Assembly (NCBI GenBank): GCA_964621075.1
Contig: CAZUKV010000001.1
Span: forward strand, 24,144-88,143
Source: an uncultured bacterium
GTDB taxonomy: Bacteria > Macinerneyibacteriota > Macinerneyibacteria > Macinerneyibacteriales > Macinerneyibacteriaceae
Direction: 5' to 3'
DNA length: 64,000 nucleotides
This document shows positions 1-10,025 of the stretch, one piece after another (position 1 is the first letter of the stretch; each line of letters opens with the position of its first letter). The notes below the pieces were generated by a model. The model worked only from the letters and a program-made list of their open reading frames with translations. It was not told the DNA's origin and did not search any database. The position numbers were made by a program, and so were the translations under genes.

Positions 1-68
1 AAGAAATTGTACTGATAAAGATTATCTTCTTCTACAATTTTTTTCAATTCAATTAATAACTTTTCCAT
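1..68 (-). CDS. 5' portion of a minus-strand CDS running off the window start (N-terminus MEKLLIELKKIVEEDNLYQYNF...); function unknown
   Basis: ATG at 66-68 (reverse complement) is preceded by a G-rich RBS (GGGGGGA). The frame stays open to the window edge. Confidence 0.3.
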   Translation of the reverse strand, partial: MEKLLIELKKIVEEDNLYQYNF

Positions 69-86
69 TTATTTCCCCCCTATCTT

Positions 87-971
87 TTAAAGCTGTTCTA
101 TATTATACCCTTCAGATTCTAATAAATTAAGAATTCCATTTTCTCCAACCAAATGTCCCGCTCCTACGACAATAAAATGTATTTTATCATCTTCAAAATA
201 TCCTTTAATTTTTCCTACCATTTTTATATTTCTTTCATCAAACAGTTTCATATACACATCTTTTAATTCAGGATTTTCAGATCTCTCCTCAAATATGAAA
301 TTTTTAAATTCTTCTCTTTTACCCTGTTTCCATAATTCAACCATTTTTTTAAATTTATCTTTCTTATCTGTTTCTTTAAGGGAAGATTTTAAAAATTCTA
401 TTCCTGTTTCTCCTGTAAAACTGCTGAGTAATTCCATTTGTAAATCTACAGATTCCAGCTCTTTAATCTCCATGTTTTCTTCTTGAGCTTTAGTTAAGAA
501 ATGAGAATCAATTCCCAGATTAGCTTTAGCTCCTGATTGCATAATATTCAGCTGTTCAATTGTTATTGAAGCCAACCAGGGTTTCATCTGATTAATTTTT
601 GAAAATGGAATATTATATTTAGATATTTTGTTTTTTAACTTATTTAAAAGATCTTTATCTAAAATATCTTCAAGTTTTTTTTCTTTAAAATATCCTTTTT
701 CCAGTGTTAATTTCTGAGCCCTCATTAAATTATCCATTTTTGTTATATCAGCCTCTACAACAAGGAAATCAGATTTCTTAAATGCATCTGTAATACTGCT
801 ATTTAGAGGATAGCTATCTTCACTCATCATATGAACAGAACCAAGAATATAATTAACATTCCCTTCTTTTTCAATTTTCCATAAAAAATTATTAGAATTT
901 ACACTGAATATACAACCAAAAATAAAGATTAAAACAAATAATATACCAAATATTTTTTTTATAATCCTCAT
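87..971 (-). CDS. TraB/GumN family secreted protein
   Basis: N-terminal signal peptide. GSVHMM (G-x-x-H) motif and overall layout are typical of TraB/GumN/PrgY family proteins. Confidence 0.5.
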   Translation of the reverse strand: MRIIKKIFGILFVLIFIFGCIFSVNSNNFLWKIEKEGNVNYILGSVHMMSEDSYPLNSSITDAFKKSDFLVVEADITKMDNLMRAQKLTLEKGYFKEKKLEDILDKDLLNKLKNKISKYNIPFSKINQMKPWLASITIEQLNIMQSGAKANLGIDSHFLTKAQEENMEIKELESVDLQMELLSSFTGETGIEFLKSSLKETDKKDKFKKMVELWKQGKREEFKNFIFEERSENPELKDVYMKLFDERNIKMVGKIKGYFEDDKIHFIVVGAGHLVGENGILNLLESEGYNIEQL

Positions 972-1051
972 ACATTCTCCTTTTTTTTAAAACATTTACA
1001 TTTAAAATTATATAGAATAATCGGGTAATATCAAAGATTATTTTAATTATT

Positions 1052-1705
1052 TCATAAATCTAATTTTTTACTAAAATCTTTTTTTAAAGGTTTAAAACTC
1101 ATTCTGTGATGTGGGGTTGGCCCAAATTTTTCTATTGCTGCGATATGTTCTTTTGTCCCGTACCCCTTATTTTTATTAAACCCATATTTTGGATATTTTT
1201 TTGATAATTTTTTCATGATTCTATCACGAATTACCTTTGCTATTATTGATGCAGCCCCTATTGTGTATGATTTCAAGTCACCTTTGATAATTTTTATAAA
1301 AGGTATATTCTTTATTTTTAAATCCATTGCGTCAGTTAATACTAAACTTCTCCTGGAAATATCATTAGGAAGTTTTTCTATTAACTTATTCATTCCTCTT
1401 AATGTTGAACTATAAATATCAGTTTCATCGATATCTTTAGGGCATATTTCTAAATAGTCCCAGTAAGTATTTTCAGAATTAGTGATTTTTTTATATAAAA
1501 TTTCTCTTTTATTTTCAGGGATATTTTTTGAATCAGTAATCCCTTTTATATGATTATTTTCAGTTCTTCTTGTAACAAATAAAGCTACAAGTAAAGGCCC
1601 AGCAAGAGGACCTCTACCGGCTTCATCCAGACCAACAAGATATTCAATATTCTCATTCAGTCTAAAATATTTCTTGTCAAACTCTATATTTTTTGGCTGA
1701 GCCAT
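1052..1705 (-). CDS. rnhB: Ribonuclease HII
   Basis: GLDEAGRGPLAGPLLVA active-site motif; size of about 217 aa. Confidence 0.9.
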   Translation of the reverse strand: MAQPKNIEFDKKYFRLNENIEYLVGLDEAGRGPLAGPLLVALFVTRRTENNHIKGITDSKNIPENKREILYKKITNSENTYWDYLEICPKDIDETDIYSSTLRGMNKLIEKLPNDISRRSLVLTDAMDLKIKNIPFIKIIKGDLKSYTIGAASIIAKVIRDRIMKKLSKKYPKYGFNKNKGYGTKEHIAAIEKFGPTPHHRMSFKPLKKDFSKKLDL

Positions 1706-1709
1706 TTTT

Positions 1710-2057
1710 TTATTCTTTTTTTTCTTTTAGCCTGGCTTTTTTACCAAATCTTTTTCTCATATAATACAATTTTGATCTTCTAACTTTAGCGTGCTTTTTC
1801 ACTTCAATTTTCTCTATTAAAGGAGAGTTATATATAAATATTCTTTCCACACCTGTATTCCCTGTAATTCTTCTTACTGTAAATGTTTTTCTTACACCAC
1901 TGCCCTTTTTCTTGATAATCAATCCTTCAAAAGGTTGCACTCTAACCTTATCTCCTTCATGAATACGAACATTTACAACTACCGTATCACCAACTCTTAC
2001 TTCAGGTAAATCATCTCTTAAATTTTCATTTTCAATTTGTTTTATAATTTCATCCAT
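1710..2057 (-). CDS. rplS: 50S ribosomal protein L19
   Basis: Canonical L19 sequence (FEGLIIKKKGSG...RRITGNTGVERIF). Sits in the conserved rpsP-KH-rimM-trmD-rplS cluster. Confidence 0.9.
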   Translation of the reverse strand: MDEIIKQIENENLRDDLPEVRVGDTVVVNVRIHEGDKVRVQPFEGLIIKKKGSGVRKTFTVRRITGNTGVERIFIYNSPLIEKIEVKKHAKVRRSKLYYMRKRFGKKARLKEKKE

Positions 2058-2062
2058 ATTAG

Positions 2063-3289
2063 TTACCTCCTATTTCCAAGTAATCTATCAATTATTATTG
2101 ACACTGCACTTCTAACTGATAAATGATTATAATTTGACCCTGCTATCTTTACAGGTTCAAGTTTTATATCAGCTCTGTCAATTACATCCTCAGTTAAGCC
2201 CCATCCTGTACCAAATAGAATTATAATAGGTCTATCATCTTTTTTAACAATTCTCTTCTGTGCTTGTTCATAAGATATATAACCCTTTTCAAACCTGGCA
2301 CTTGTAACCCAAATTTCAGGTTTTTTATTCTCTATAGTTTCAACTCTTTTAATTAATGAATCAATATTTTCTTCTACGCTAACTAAAGATAAAGCCTCTT
2401 TTCTATTTTCATTAAACTCTTTCCCGTAACCTTCTTCCCAATAATTAAGCATTTCTTTTACTATAGCATTTTGTTTAGGAAGAGGTGATACTATTACATA
2501 TTTTTTTAAATTATATGTTTTACATGTTCTTGAAATATCATGTATATCTATTGGTGTAATGGAAGATGATACAATTTCACCACTTTTATCATAAACAGGA
2601 TAATGAACCAATCCCAGATAGATATTATTTTTTAAATCTGGACGTCTTTTTTCGGTAATATTTTTTGATTGATGCTGACGCCATTCTTTAATCTTTTTGT
2701 GATCTCCCGATAGCAATATTTCAGGTACTTCCAAACCTCTAAATTTTCTCGGGCGGGTATACTGTGGATACTCCAAAAAATCATTTTCAAAACTTTCTTC
2801 CTTTTTTGAATTTTGATTCCCCAAAACATCCGGTAATAATCTTGAAATACCATCAATTAAAACCATAGAAGGAATTTCGCCTCCGGAGAGAACATAATCT
2901 CCAATAGATATCTCTCTATCAACTACCATTTGATTCACTCTGTTATCAATTCCTTCATATCTTCCACATATAAGCATTATTTTATCTTTTTCAGATAGCT
3001 CTTTTAATATTTTTTGATTTAACCTCTCACCTTTTGGTGTTAATAATATTTTAAAATGACCCCTGTCAAAGTTATCTACAGCCCTTACAATAGGCCCTGG
3101 TTTCATTATCATGCCCGGACCTCCACCATAAGGATAATCATCAACTCTATTATGTTTATCATTGGCAAAATTTCTAATATCATGGATATCTATATTCAAA
3201 GCTCCTTTTTCTACAGCTCTATTAGGTATGGAATAGCTTAAAGGTGTCTCAAAAATTTCAGGAAAAATAGTTAAAACATCAATTCTCAT
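2063..3289 (-). CDS. trmD: tRNA (guanine37-N1)-methyltransferase TrmD with a C-terminal extension of about 160 aa (SPOUT-like signature)
   Basis: The N-terminal roughly 240 aa is canonical TrmD (MRIDVLTIFPE...YPYGGGPGMIMKPGP). The C-terminal roughly 160 aa is additional and ends with ...NHLSVRSAVSIIIDRLLG, which resembles the C-terminal knot motif of SPOUT methyltransferases. Confidence 0.8.
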   Translation of the reverse strand: MRIDVLTIFPEIFETPLSYSIPNRAVEKGALNIDIHDIRNFANDKHNRVDDYPYGGGPGMIMKPGPIVRAVDNFDRGHFKILLTPKGERLNQKILKELSEKDKIMLICGRYEGIDNRVNQMVVDREISIGDYVLSGGEIPSMVLIDGISRLLPDVLGNQNSKKEESFENDFLEYPQYTRPRKFRGLEVPEILLSGDHKKIKEWRQHQSKNITEKRRPDLKNNIYLGLVHYPVYDKSGEIVSSSITPIDIHDISRTCKTYNLKKYVIVSPLPKQNAIVKEMLNYWEEGYGKEFNENRKEALSLVSVEENIDSLIKRVETIENKKPEIWVTSARFEKGYISYEQAQKRIVKKDDRPIIILFGTGWGLTEDVIDRADIKLEPVKIAGSNYNHLSVRSAVSIIIDRLLGNRR

Positions 3290-3780
3290 AGCATTCCTTC
3301 AATTTTATTAATGGATATTTTATTATCCTTTATACTAACTTTTTCAACAACTTTTTTTATAAAAGGTATTAAAATTTCTTTCCCATTTTCTGTTTCCAAA
3401 AACAAAATATCAGAACTTCCATAGTTGGTTACATTTCTAACTTTACCTAAAAACTCATCACCATAATATACTTCACAATCTATCAATTCATAATAATAAA
3501 AAGAGTCTTTAGATAATGTTTCTAATTCCTCTTTATCAATATAAATATATGTACCCCTGTATTCTTCTGCTTGTTCAATGGAATTTATATTTTCAAATTT
3601 TATTAATATAAATTTATTGCTAATTTTATAACTTTCTGGAACAATCTTTTTAAATTCATCTTTATTAATAAAAAGATTTTTGCTTCGCAGAAATTTAACG
3701 AACTCTTTATCCATGTCAACTTTTAAATATCCATTAATTCCATGGGGTTTAATTATTTTGCCAATCTTAAAATAATTCAT
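3286..3780 (-). CDS. rimM: 16S rRNA processing protein RimM
   Basis: GKIIKPHGINGYLKV N-terminal motif. Conserved position between the KH protein and trmD. Confidence 0.85.
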   Translation of the reverse strand: MNYFKIGKIIKPHGINGYLKVDMDKEFVKFLRSKNLFINKDEFKKIVPESYKISNKFILIKFENINSIEQAEEYRGTYIYIDKEELETLSKDSFYYYELIDCEVYYGDEFLGKVRNVTNYGSSDILFLETENGKEILIPFIKKVVEKVSIKDNKISINKIEGML

Positions 3781-4025
3781 ACAACCTCTAATCTCACTTT
3801 TTTTCCAGTTTTAAATCCTTCCATATGAACTATCTCTTTTAATGCTTTTATCCTTCTTCCTTTAACTCCAATTACAGCACCACGATCATCTTCATTAAGA
3901 GAAATTTTAAATATGATATTGTTTTTATTTTCCTGCATCTCAATATCTACTTCTTCTTCATTTTCTACAAGCTGTTTCACAAAATATTCTACAATATCCT
4001 GCATATTATCTCTTTTTTCTCCCAT
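3777..4025 (-). CDS. KH-domain RNA-binding protein (YlqC-like)
   Basis: IGVKGRRIKALKEIV KH motif. Conserved position between rpsP and rimM. Confidence 0.7.
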   Translation of the reverse strand: MGEKRDNMQDIVEYFVKQLVENEEEVDIEMQENKNNIIFKISLNEDDRGAVIGVKGRRIKALKEIVHMEGFKTGKKVRLEVV

Positions 4026-4027
4026 TG

Positions 4028-4297
4028 TTATTTATTTTTCCTTTCAATGTATTTAGCCCAAATCCCCATCTTCTGTAACAAGTTTTTTGTTGTAGTTGTT
4101 GGTTGGGCGCCATTCTCTAACCACTGCATAACTTTCTCTTCATCAATTTCTACTTTTGATGGATTTGCTTTTGGATCATAAAATCCAATTCTTTCAATCA
4201 TTTTACTATCTCTTGGTTTTCTTGAATCAGAAACTACAACACGATAATAAGGTTGTTTCTTTTTCCCTGTTCTTTTCAATCTAATTTTCACTGCCAT
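4028..4297 (-). CDS. rpsP: 30S ribosomal protein S16
   Basis: [30 protein letters not shown] is canonical S16. Confidence 0.9.
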   Translation of the reverse strand: MAVKIRLKRTGKKKQPYYRVVVSDSRKPRDSKMIERIGFYDPKANPSKVEIDEEKVMQWLENGAQPTTTTKNLLQKMGIWAKYIERKNK

Positions 4298-4314
4298 AAA
4301 TACCTCCTGTTAAA

Positions 4315-5628
4315 TTATTTAAACATATTGGGAATATTCATTCCCTTTTTCCCAAATTTTCCACCAATCTGTTTCAACATCTTTTTACTTTTTTTATACC
4401 TTCTCAATAATCTATTTATATCAGCAACTGATCGACCACACCCTTTGGCAATTCTTCTCTTTCTACTGGCCTTAATTATTTTAGGTTTTAATCTCTCTTT
4501 GGGGGTCATCGATTGAATTATTGACTCTACTTTAACAATTTCTTTATCATCTATATCTAAATCCTTGGGCATCCCGGGTATCATTTTCATTATTTTATTT
4601 AAAGGTCCCATTTTTTTTATCATTTTTATTTGGTCTAAAAAATCCTGCAAGGTAAATTGTCCTTTTCTAATTTGATCTTCTAACTTTTTGGCTTCATCTT
4701 CTTTTATAGTTTGTTCTGCTTTTTCAATTAGAGTAAGAACATCTCCCATCCCAAGCATTCTTGAAACAATTCTATCTGGATGGAATTTTTCTATATCTGA
4801 TACTTTTTCTCCTACACCTATATACTTGATGGGTTTTCCAGTTACCATTCTTAAAGAGAGTGCAGATCCTCCTCTTGCATCTCCATCAAGTTTGGTTAAA
4901 ATCACACCATCTATACCAACTTTTTTTTCAAATCCCTCAGCAACATTAACTGCATCCTGTCCTGTCATGGCATCAACTACTAATAATTTTTCATGAGGTT
5001 GAAATTGTTTATTTATCATATCTATTTCTCTCATTAATTCTTCATCAATATGCATTCTTCCAGATGTATCCATTATGATAACATTTGAAAAATACTTTTT
5101 TGCTTCTTTAATTCCATTTCTTATAACTTTTGCAACATCTTTGGTTTTTTTATTAGAATAAACCTGAACATTAATTTCTTCTCCAAGCTGATAAAGCTGT
5201 TCAATAGCTGCAGGTCTTCTCAAATCGGCTCCAATTAAATAAGGTTTCTTGCCTTCATTTTTAAATTTATTTGCCAATTTTGCAGCAGCTGTAGTCTTTC
5301 CAGCACCCTGCAATCCCATTAGCATAATGATAGTGGGACTCGCAGAAAGATCAATTTTTTCCGCCTTACCCATTATATCAATTAATTCATCTTTTACAAT
5401 TTTGATTACCTGTTCAGAAGGTTTTAAACTTTTAAATACTTTTTCTCCCATTGCTTCTTTTTCGACATTTTTAATAAACTTTTTTACAACTCTGTAATTT
5501 ACATCCGCTTCCAAAAGAGCAATTTTGATTTCTCTTAAACTTTTTTTTATGTCATCTTCTTTTAAAACACCTCTTCTACCTAATTTTTTAAAAACCTTCT
5601 CTAACTTGCCGGATAAAGAATCAAACAT
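4315..5628 (-). CDS. ffh: Signal recognition particle protein Ffh
   Basis: N, G and M domains are recognisable (GLQGAGKTT, DTSGR, Met-rich C-terminus). Confidence 0.95.
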   Translation of the reverse strand: MFDSLSGKLEKVFKKLGRRGVLKEDDIKKSLREIKIALLEADVNYRVVKKFIKNVEKEAMGEKVFKSLKPSEQVIKIVKDELIDIMGKAEKIDLSASPTIIMLMGLQGAGKTTAAAKLANKFKNEGKKPYLIGADLRRPAAIEQLYQLGEEINVQVYSNKKTKDVAKVIRNGIKEAKKYFSNVIIMDTSGRMHIDEELMREIDMINKQFQPHEKLLVVDAMTGQDAVNVAEGFEKKVGIDGVILTKLDGDARGGSALSLRMVTGKPIKYIGVGEKVSDIEKFHPDRIVSRMLGMGDVLTLIEKAEQTIKEDEAKKLEDQIRKGQFTLQDFLDQIKMIKKMGPLNKIMKMIPGMPKDLDIDDKEIVKVESIIQSMTPKERLKPKIIKASRKRRIAKGCGRSVADINRLLRRYKKSKKMLKQIGGKFGKKGMNIPNMFK

Positions 5629-5962
5629 AAATACTCCTCAATTTCTTAATTAATTTTTTTACATTTTTTTTATAATTATTATCTTCTTTTAAATTATTAA
5701 TTTGATCCAGAATAGAAAACTGTTGCTTTCTTTTTCTTAATAAGTTAATTTTTTCTTCCAAAGAGATTAGATTGCTTATTGCTGTTTCAATTGCACTTAA
5801 AACAGCCTGTCTCGATATATCAAACTGTTCTGCAATTTCTCCCAGACTCCAATCTTCTAAATAATAAAGTTTAAAATACTCTTTTTGTTTATCAGCTAAA
5901 AGACTGCAGTATATCTCATATAATTCAATCTTATCTTCCCTTGTTAATCCTTCTGATTTCAT
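5621..5962 (-). CDS. ylxM: YlxM/UPF0122 putative HTH protein upstream of ffh
   Basis: About 110 aa with an HTH (LGEIAEQFDISRQAV). Has the conserved 4-8 nt overlap with ffh. Confidence 0.7.
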   Translation of the reverse strand: MKSEGLTREDKIELYEIYCSLLADKQKEYFKLYYLEDWSLGEIAEQFDISRQAVLSAIETAISNLISLEEKINLLRKRKQQFSILDQINNLKEDNNYKKNVKKLIKKLRSIYV

Positions 5963-6019
5963 GGCAAAGAGATAATACCATCTTAGATTAAGGTGTCAAG
6001 GGAAATATCTTAACAGTAC

Positions 6020-6325
6020 TTATTTTCTTCTTAACTCTTTTTTATTATCATGATCCCTTACTATAAAAAACAATATTGCAACTAAACAAAATATAAGAGC
6101 AAAAGGAACCAAAATAGGAATAACTACAGAAAAAACAATTATAACCGGTAAGAAAAGAATGAGCCAGACTAATGAAAAAATTGCCAGTATAAATTTAACT
6201 AAAACATATGCAAGCACTCCAAGAATTAAAAATTTTATAAATCCAACAAATGTGAACGCAATTAAGCCTGGAACTAAAAGATATAAAAAAATAAAACAAA
6301 GTGTTATAATTCCTATTAATCTCAT
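6020..6325 (-). CDS. Small hydrophobic membrane protein, function unknown
   Basis: Three predicted transmembrane segments; no recognisable motif. Confidence 0.35.
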   Translation of the reverse strand: MRLIGIITLCFIFLYLLVPGLIAFTFVGFIKFLILGVLAYVLVKFILAIFSLVWLILFLPVIIVFSVVIPILVPFALIFCLVAILFFIVRDHDNKKELRRK

Positions 6326-6402
6326 AAATCCTCCTTATAATAAAGGACAAATTAGATAAAAAAAATGTTTCAATTCTTTTTTTTTTAATTATAATCAAAT
6401 TC

Positions 6403-7365
6403 ATGAATTTATCAAATATCAAAAAAGAACTGATTAAAGTTTTCAAGGATGGAATTTCGACAACCTACACTCTTTTAAAAATAATGATACCGGTTAGTAT
6501 TATAACAAAAATTCTTAAAATTACAGGAATAATTAATATCATAGGGGCCTTATTATCCCCCCTAATGGAAATTGTTAATCTACCCGGGGAATACGGGCTT
6601 GTATGGGCCACAACTATGATTACTAATATTTATGGTGGTATTATCGTTTTTTTATCACTCTTCAAAAATCACCCTCTTTCGGTTGCTCAGGTTACAATTC
6701 TTTCCTCAATGATGTTAATTGCCCACACTTTTTTAATTGAAAATACAATATGTAAAAAAGCAGGGATTAAATTTTGGGTAATATCTTCCTTTAGATTTAC
6801 AAGTGCTTTTGTTTTAGGGTTTTTACTGAATAATGTATATACCCTCTTTTCTCTCCATGAAAAAAAAGCGAAAGTTCTTTTTGACTCAAATTCTAAAACC
6901 GGAGAAACCACCATAGCCTGGATTCTTAATGAAATTGAAAACTATCTTTATATATTTTTAGTGATATTATCACTTTTATTAATAATATACATATTCAAAA
7001 AAACAGGATTTATTAATATTTTCAATAAGATATTTAATCCTGTATTAAATTTATTTGGAATTAGTAAAAAAGCAACTCCATTGACTGTAATAGGAATGAC
7101 ACTGGGTCTGGCATATGGAGGAGGGTTAATTATTAAAGAGGCAAACTCCGGTCACCTTAGTAAAAAAGATATTTTTTTCTCCCTTATTTTTCTAACCCTC
7201 TCTCACAGTCTTATTGAAGATACTCTTCTGATGCTCACAATAGGAGCTTCAATAACCGGAGTTTTAATCGGAAGACTATTATTTACACTAATTTTAGTTT
7301 CAATAATTGTTAAAATTTTTCAAGGTGTTTCCGAAAAATCTTTTCATAAATATTTTCTCACTTAA
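6403..7365 (+). CDS. Polytopic membrane protein, possibly a nucleoside-recognition (Gate) domain family member (YjiH/SpmA-like)
   Basis: Multiple transmembrane helices. N-terminal region resembles the Gate domain. Weak call. Confidence 0.4.
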   Translation: MNLSNIKKELIKVFKDGISTTYTLLKIMIPVSIITKILKITGIINIIGALLSPLMEIVNLPGEYGLVWATTMITNIYGGIIVFLSLFKNHPLSVAQVTILSSMMLIAHTFLIENTICKKAGIKFWVISSFRFTSAFVLGFLLNNVYTLFSLHEKKAKVLFDSNSKTGETTIAWILNEIENYLYIFLVILSLLLIIYIFKKTGFINIFNKIFNPVLNLFGISKKATPLTVIGMTLGLAYGGGLIIKEANSGHLSKKDIFFSLIFLTLSHSLIEDTLLMLTIGASITGVLIGRLLFTLILVSIIVKIFQGVSEKSFHKYFLT

Positions 7366-7895
7366 CTGATTTTATTATATCCCAATTCAAGTGCCTCAAT
7401 ATTAGTATTATAAGCTTTCTCCGGCAGCACCTCTTTTAAGACTTTTTTAATTGTATCTATAGAAACAACCCCGCTTTTTTTTATTAAAGCACCGATCATA
7501 ATTATATTTGCAAAAAGAGGTTTTTCAAAATTTTCCAAAGATAATTCCGTAGCAGAAATATCAATCATCTCTTTACCTGCTTTTTTTTCAGGCTTAAATA
7601 CAGAACCATCATAGATAACAACCGCGTCTTTAGATAATTTATCCTTGAAAAGCTTTAATCCTGCTTCAGCCATAACAACAAAATAATCCGCTTTTTCTAC
7701 ATGAGGGAAATCTACAAAATCTTTTGCAACAATTACTTCTGCTCTTGTTGTAGTCCCTCTTGATTCAGAGCCATAAGCCTGTGATTGAGCAGAATAAAAA
7801 CCTTCTTTTACAGCACTTCTTGCTAATATATTTGCTGCTAAAATAACTCCCTGGCCACCAATACCTGAAAACATAATTTGTTTCATTTTTCCCAC
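7362..7895 (-). CDS. 2-oxoacid:ferredoxin oxidoreductase gamma subunit (cluster 1)
   Basis: SGIGGQGVILAANILA motif of OFOR gamma subunits. Confidence 0.8.
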   Translation of the reverse strand: MGKMKQIMFSGIGGQGVILAANILARSAVKEGFYSAQSQAYGSESRGTTTRAEVIVAKDFVDFPHVEKADYFVVMAEAGLKLFKDKLSKDAVVIYDGSVFKPEKKAGKEMIDISATELSLENFEKPLFANIIMIGALIKKSGVVSIDTIKKVLKEVLPEKAYNTNIEALELGYNKIS

Positions 7896-7910
7896 TCCCT
7901 TCAGTTCTAC

Positions 7911-8645
7911 TTAAAATTTTCCAATCATTATTTTGTCATTATTGTATTCATCTTTGTAAAATTCACTTTTCTCTTTAAAGTGATCGAGCATTTTCATAGG
8001 GTCTCTCAAATTATTTCTTTTACCATATTGAACAGGACATCCGGTAAGCACATCGAGAAAATAAAACTCGTTACTGTTTATAGCTTCTTTTATAGTTTCT
8101 TTTAATTGTTTTGCATGATACGCAGTATATCTGTAAACATTATCTGCTCCAGCTCCTTTAACAAGTTTTACCAGATCAAAAGGTCTATCTTCATTTCCAA
8201 GAGGTGTTGTCATTGTTTTGGCTCCTTTTGGAGTTGTTGCTGATGCCTGGCCACCTGTCATCCCATAAATATTATTATTACCACAAATAACAGTAATTGG
8301 TAATCTTCTTCTTGCAGCATGAATTAAATGATTTCCTCCAATAGTTGCTAAATCACCATCTCCACTCATTACAACAACCTCAAGATCAGGATTTGCTTTT
8401 TTTACACCAGTAGCATAAGCAATAGCTCTTCCATGAGTGGTATGAAGGGTATCAACATTTAAATGAGGTGAACCAATCCATCCTCCACAACCAATCCCTG
8501 AAACCACTACAAGATTATCCTGATCATAGTTCAGTTCACCTAACGCATTTACAAAAGCATTAAGTAAGATCCCATGTCCACAACCTGGACAAAAAGCAGT
8601 TGGAAAAACTTCTTTTCTTATATATTTTAAATATTCAGTTTTCAT
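7911..8645 (-). CDS. 2-oxoacid:ferredoxin oxidoreductase beta subunit (TPP-binding), cluster 1
   Basis: CPGCGHG...GDGD...GGNH...NNxIYGMTGGQ motifs. Confidence 0.85.
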   Translation of the reverse strand: MKTEYLKYIRKEVFPTAFCPGCGHGILLNAFVNALGELNYDQDNLVVVSGIGCGGWIGSPHLNVDTLHTTHGRAIAYATGVKKANPDLEVVVMSGDGDLATIGGNHLIHAARRRLPITVICGNNNIYGMTGGQASATTPKGAKTMTTPLGNEDRPFDLVKLVKGAGADNVYRYTAYHAKQLKETIKEAINSNEFYFLDVLTGCPVQYGKRNNLRDPMKMLDHFKEKSEFYKDEYNNDKIMIGKF

Positions 8646-8658
8646 TTTTCCTCCTTAA

Positions 8659-9792
8659 TTATATTTTATTAATTATCTCTTCAGGCTCTATAACTTCACC
8701 ATCAGCCCTGTTTACACCAACAACCTGACATTTTACAAATCGTTCAACTTCTCTTCTCAGCTGTCCCAGATTCATTTCGGGAACTACAACTTTTTTAACT
8801 TTTTCTCCAAGTTCCTTTATTTTGTTTACAGGCATTGGCCAAACAGTTTTAAGTCTCAACATCCCTACTTTCTCACCATTATTTCTGGCTCTTTTAACAG
8901 CCTGCAAGCCAGCCCTTGCTGCGAATCCAAAAGAAATAATTAATTTATCCATATCATCGGTATAATATTCTTCATATTCTAATATATCATCAAGATTTTC
9001 GCTTATTTTTAATCTTAAATGATCTACGAGTTTTTCCTGAACTTCTCTATCCTGAGTTTTTCTATATCCATTAGGATCATGTGTGGAACCTGTAACAAGT
9101 AACCTTTCTCCATCTCCGAAAGATGGCATGCTGGGAACTCTTTCTAATGGCTCAAATCCTCCAAATGGAGGAGTATCATTTCCTTTTTTCCTATTGTAAA
9201 CTTCAACTTCTTTTTTTACATTAACAACTTCCCTTAAATGACCGGTTGCCTCTTCCAAAAGAACAATAACCGGTGTTCTATATTTTTCAGCTAAATTAAA
9301 AGCTCTTATAGTTTCATAATAGATCTCTTCTACTCCCCAGGGAGATATAGCTATCATTTCATGTTCGCCATGTGTTCCCCATCTGGCTTGCATTAAATCT
9401 CCCTGTGCTGTTCTTGTTGCCTGTCCGGTAGAAGGACCTGTTCTCTGTACATCAACAACTACAGCAGGCGTTTCTGTCATAATACCAAGTCCCAGATTTT
9501 CCATTTTTAGAGACATCCCAGGCCCTGATGTTGCTGTCATGCTTTTTGCTCCTGTCCATGACGCCCCAATAACAGCACCCATAGCTCCTATTTCATCTTC
9601 CATCTGTACAAAAGTTCTATCTAAATCATTAAATCTTTCAACTATTGTTTCCATAATTTCACTTGCGGGAGTAATAGGATATCCTGCAAAAAAAGTACAG
9701 CCAGCTGCAATAGCACCTCTTGCACAGGCTTCATCTCCCTGCATGAAATATTTACCTTCTTTTAATGGTACTTTATTTATTTCTGTTGCCAT
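8659..9792 (-). CDS. 2-oxoacid:ferredoxin oxidoreductase alpha subunit, cluster 1
   Basis: Length and motifs (GYPITPASE, TATSGPG) of the OFOR alpha subunit. Confidence 0.85.
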   Translation of the reverse strand: MATEINKVPLKEGKYFMQGDEACARGAIAAGCTFFAGYPITPASEIMETIVERFNDLDRTFVQMEDEIGAMGAVIGASWTGAKSMTATSGPGMSLKMENLGLGIMTETPAVVVDVQRTGPSTGQATRTAQGDLMQARWGTHGEHEMIAISPWGVEEIYYETIRAFNLAEKYRTPVIVLLEEATGHLREVVNVKKEVEVYNRKKGNDTPPFGGFEPLERVPSMPSFGDGERLLVTGSTHDPNGYRKTQDREVQEKLVDHLRLKISENLDDILEYEEYYTDDMDKLIISFGFAARAGLQAVKRARNNGEKVGMLRLKTVWPMPVNKIKELGEKVKKVVVPEMNLGQLRREVERFVKCQVVGVNRADGEVIEPEEIINKI

Positions 9793-9793
9793 A

Positions 9794-10024
9794 TTATTCC
9801 TCCTTGCTCTTTATCGTAATTGCAAGATCGGGACAGTGTGTTGAACACTGCATGCACCCAATGCAATCATCTTCTCTAACAGCTTTTACTATTACAGTTC
9901 CTTTATCATTAATCTTGTCAGCTTTTTCAAAAACATTCTTGGGACAAATTTTCTGACAAATATAACATCCCTTGCACCAATCTTCACGTATGATAACCTC
10001 ATAAGACATTTTAACTCCTTTCAT
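9794..10024 (-). CDS. 2-oxoacid:ferredoxin oxidoreductase delta subunit (2x[4Fe-4S] ferredoxin), cluster 1
   Basis: Two CxxCxxCxxxCP motifs in 76 aa. Immediately precedes the alpha subunit (OorD-like position). Confidence 0.8.
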   Translation of the reverse strand: MKGVKMSYEVIIREDWCKGCYICQKICPKNVFEKADKINDKGTVIVKAVREDDCIGCMQCSTHCPDLAITIKSKEE

Positions 10025-10025
10025 A

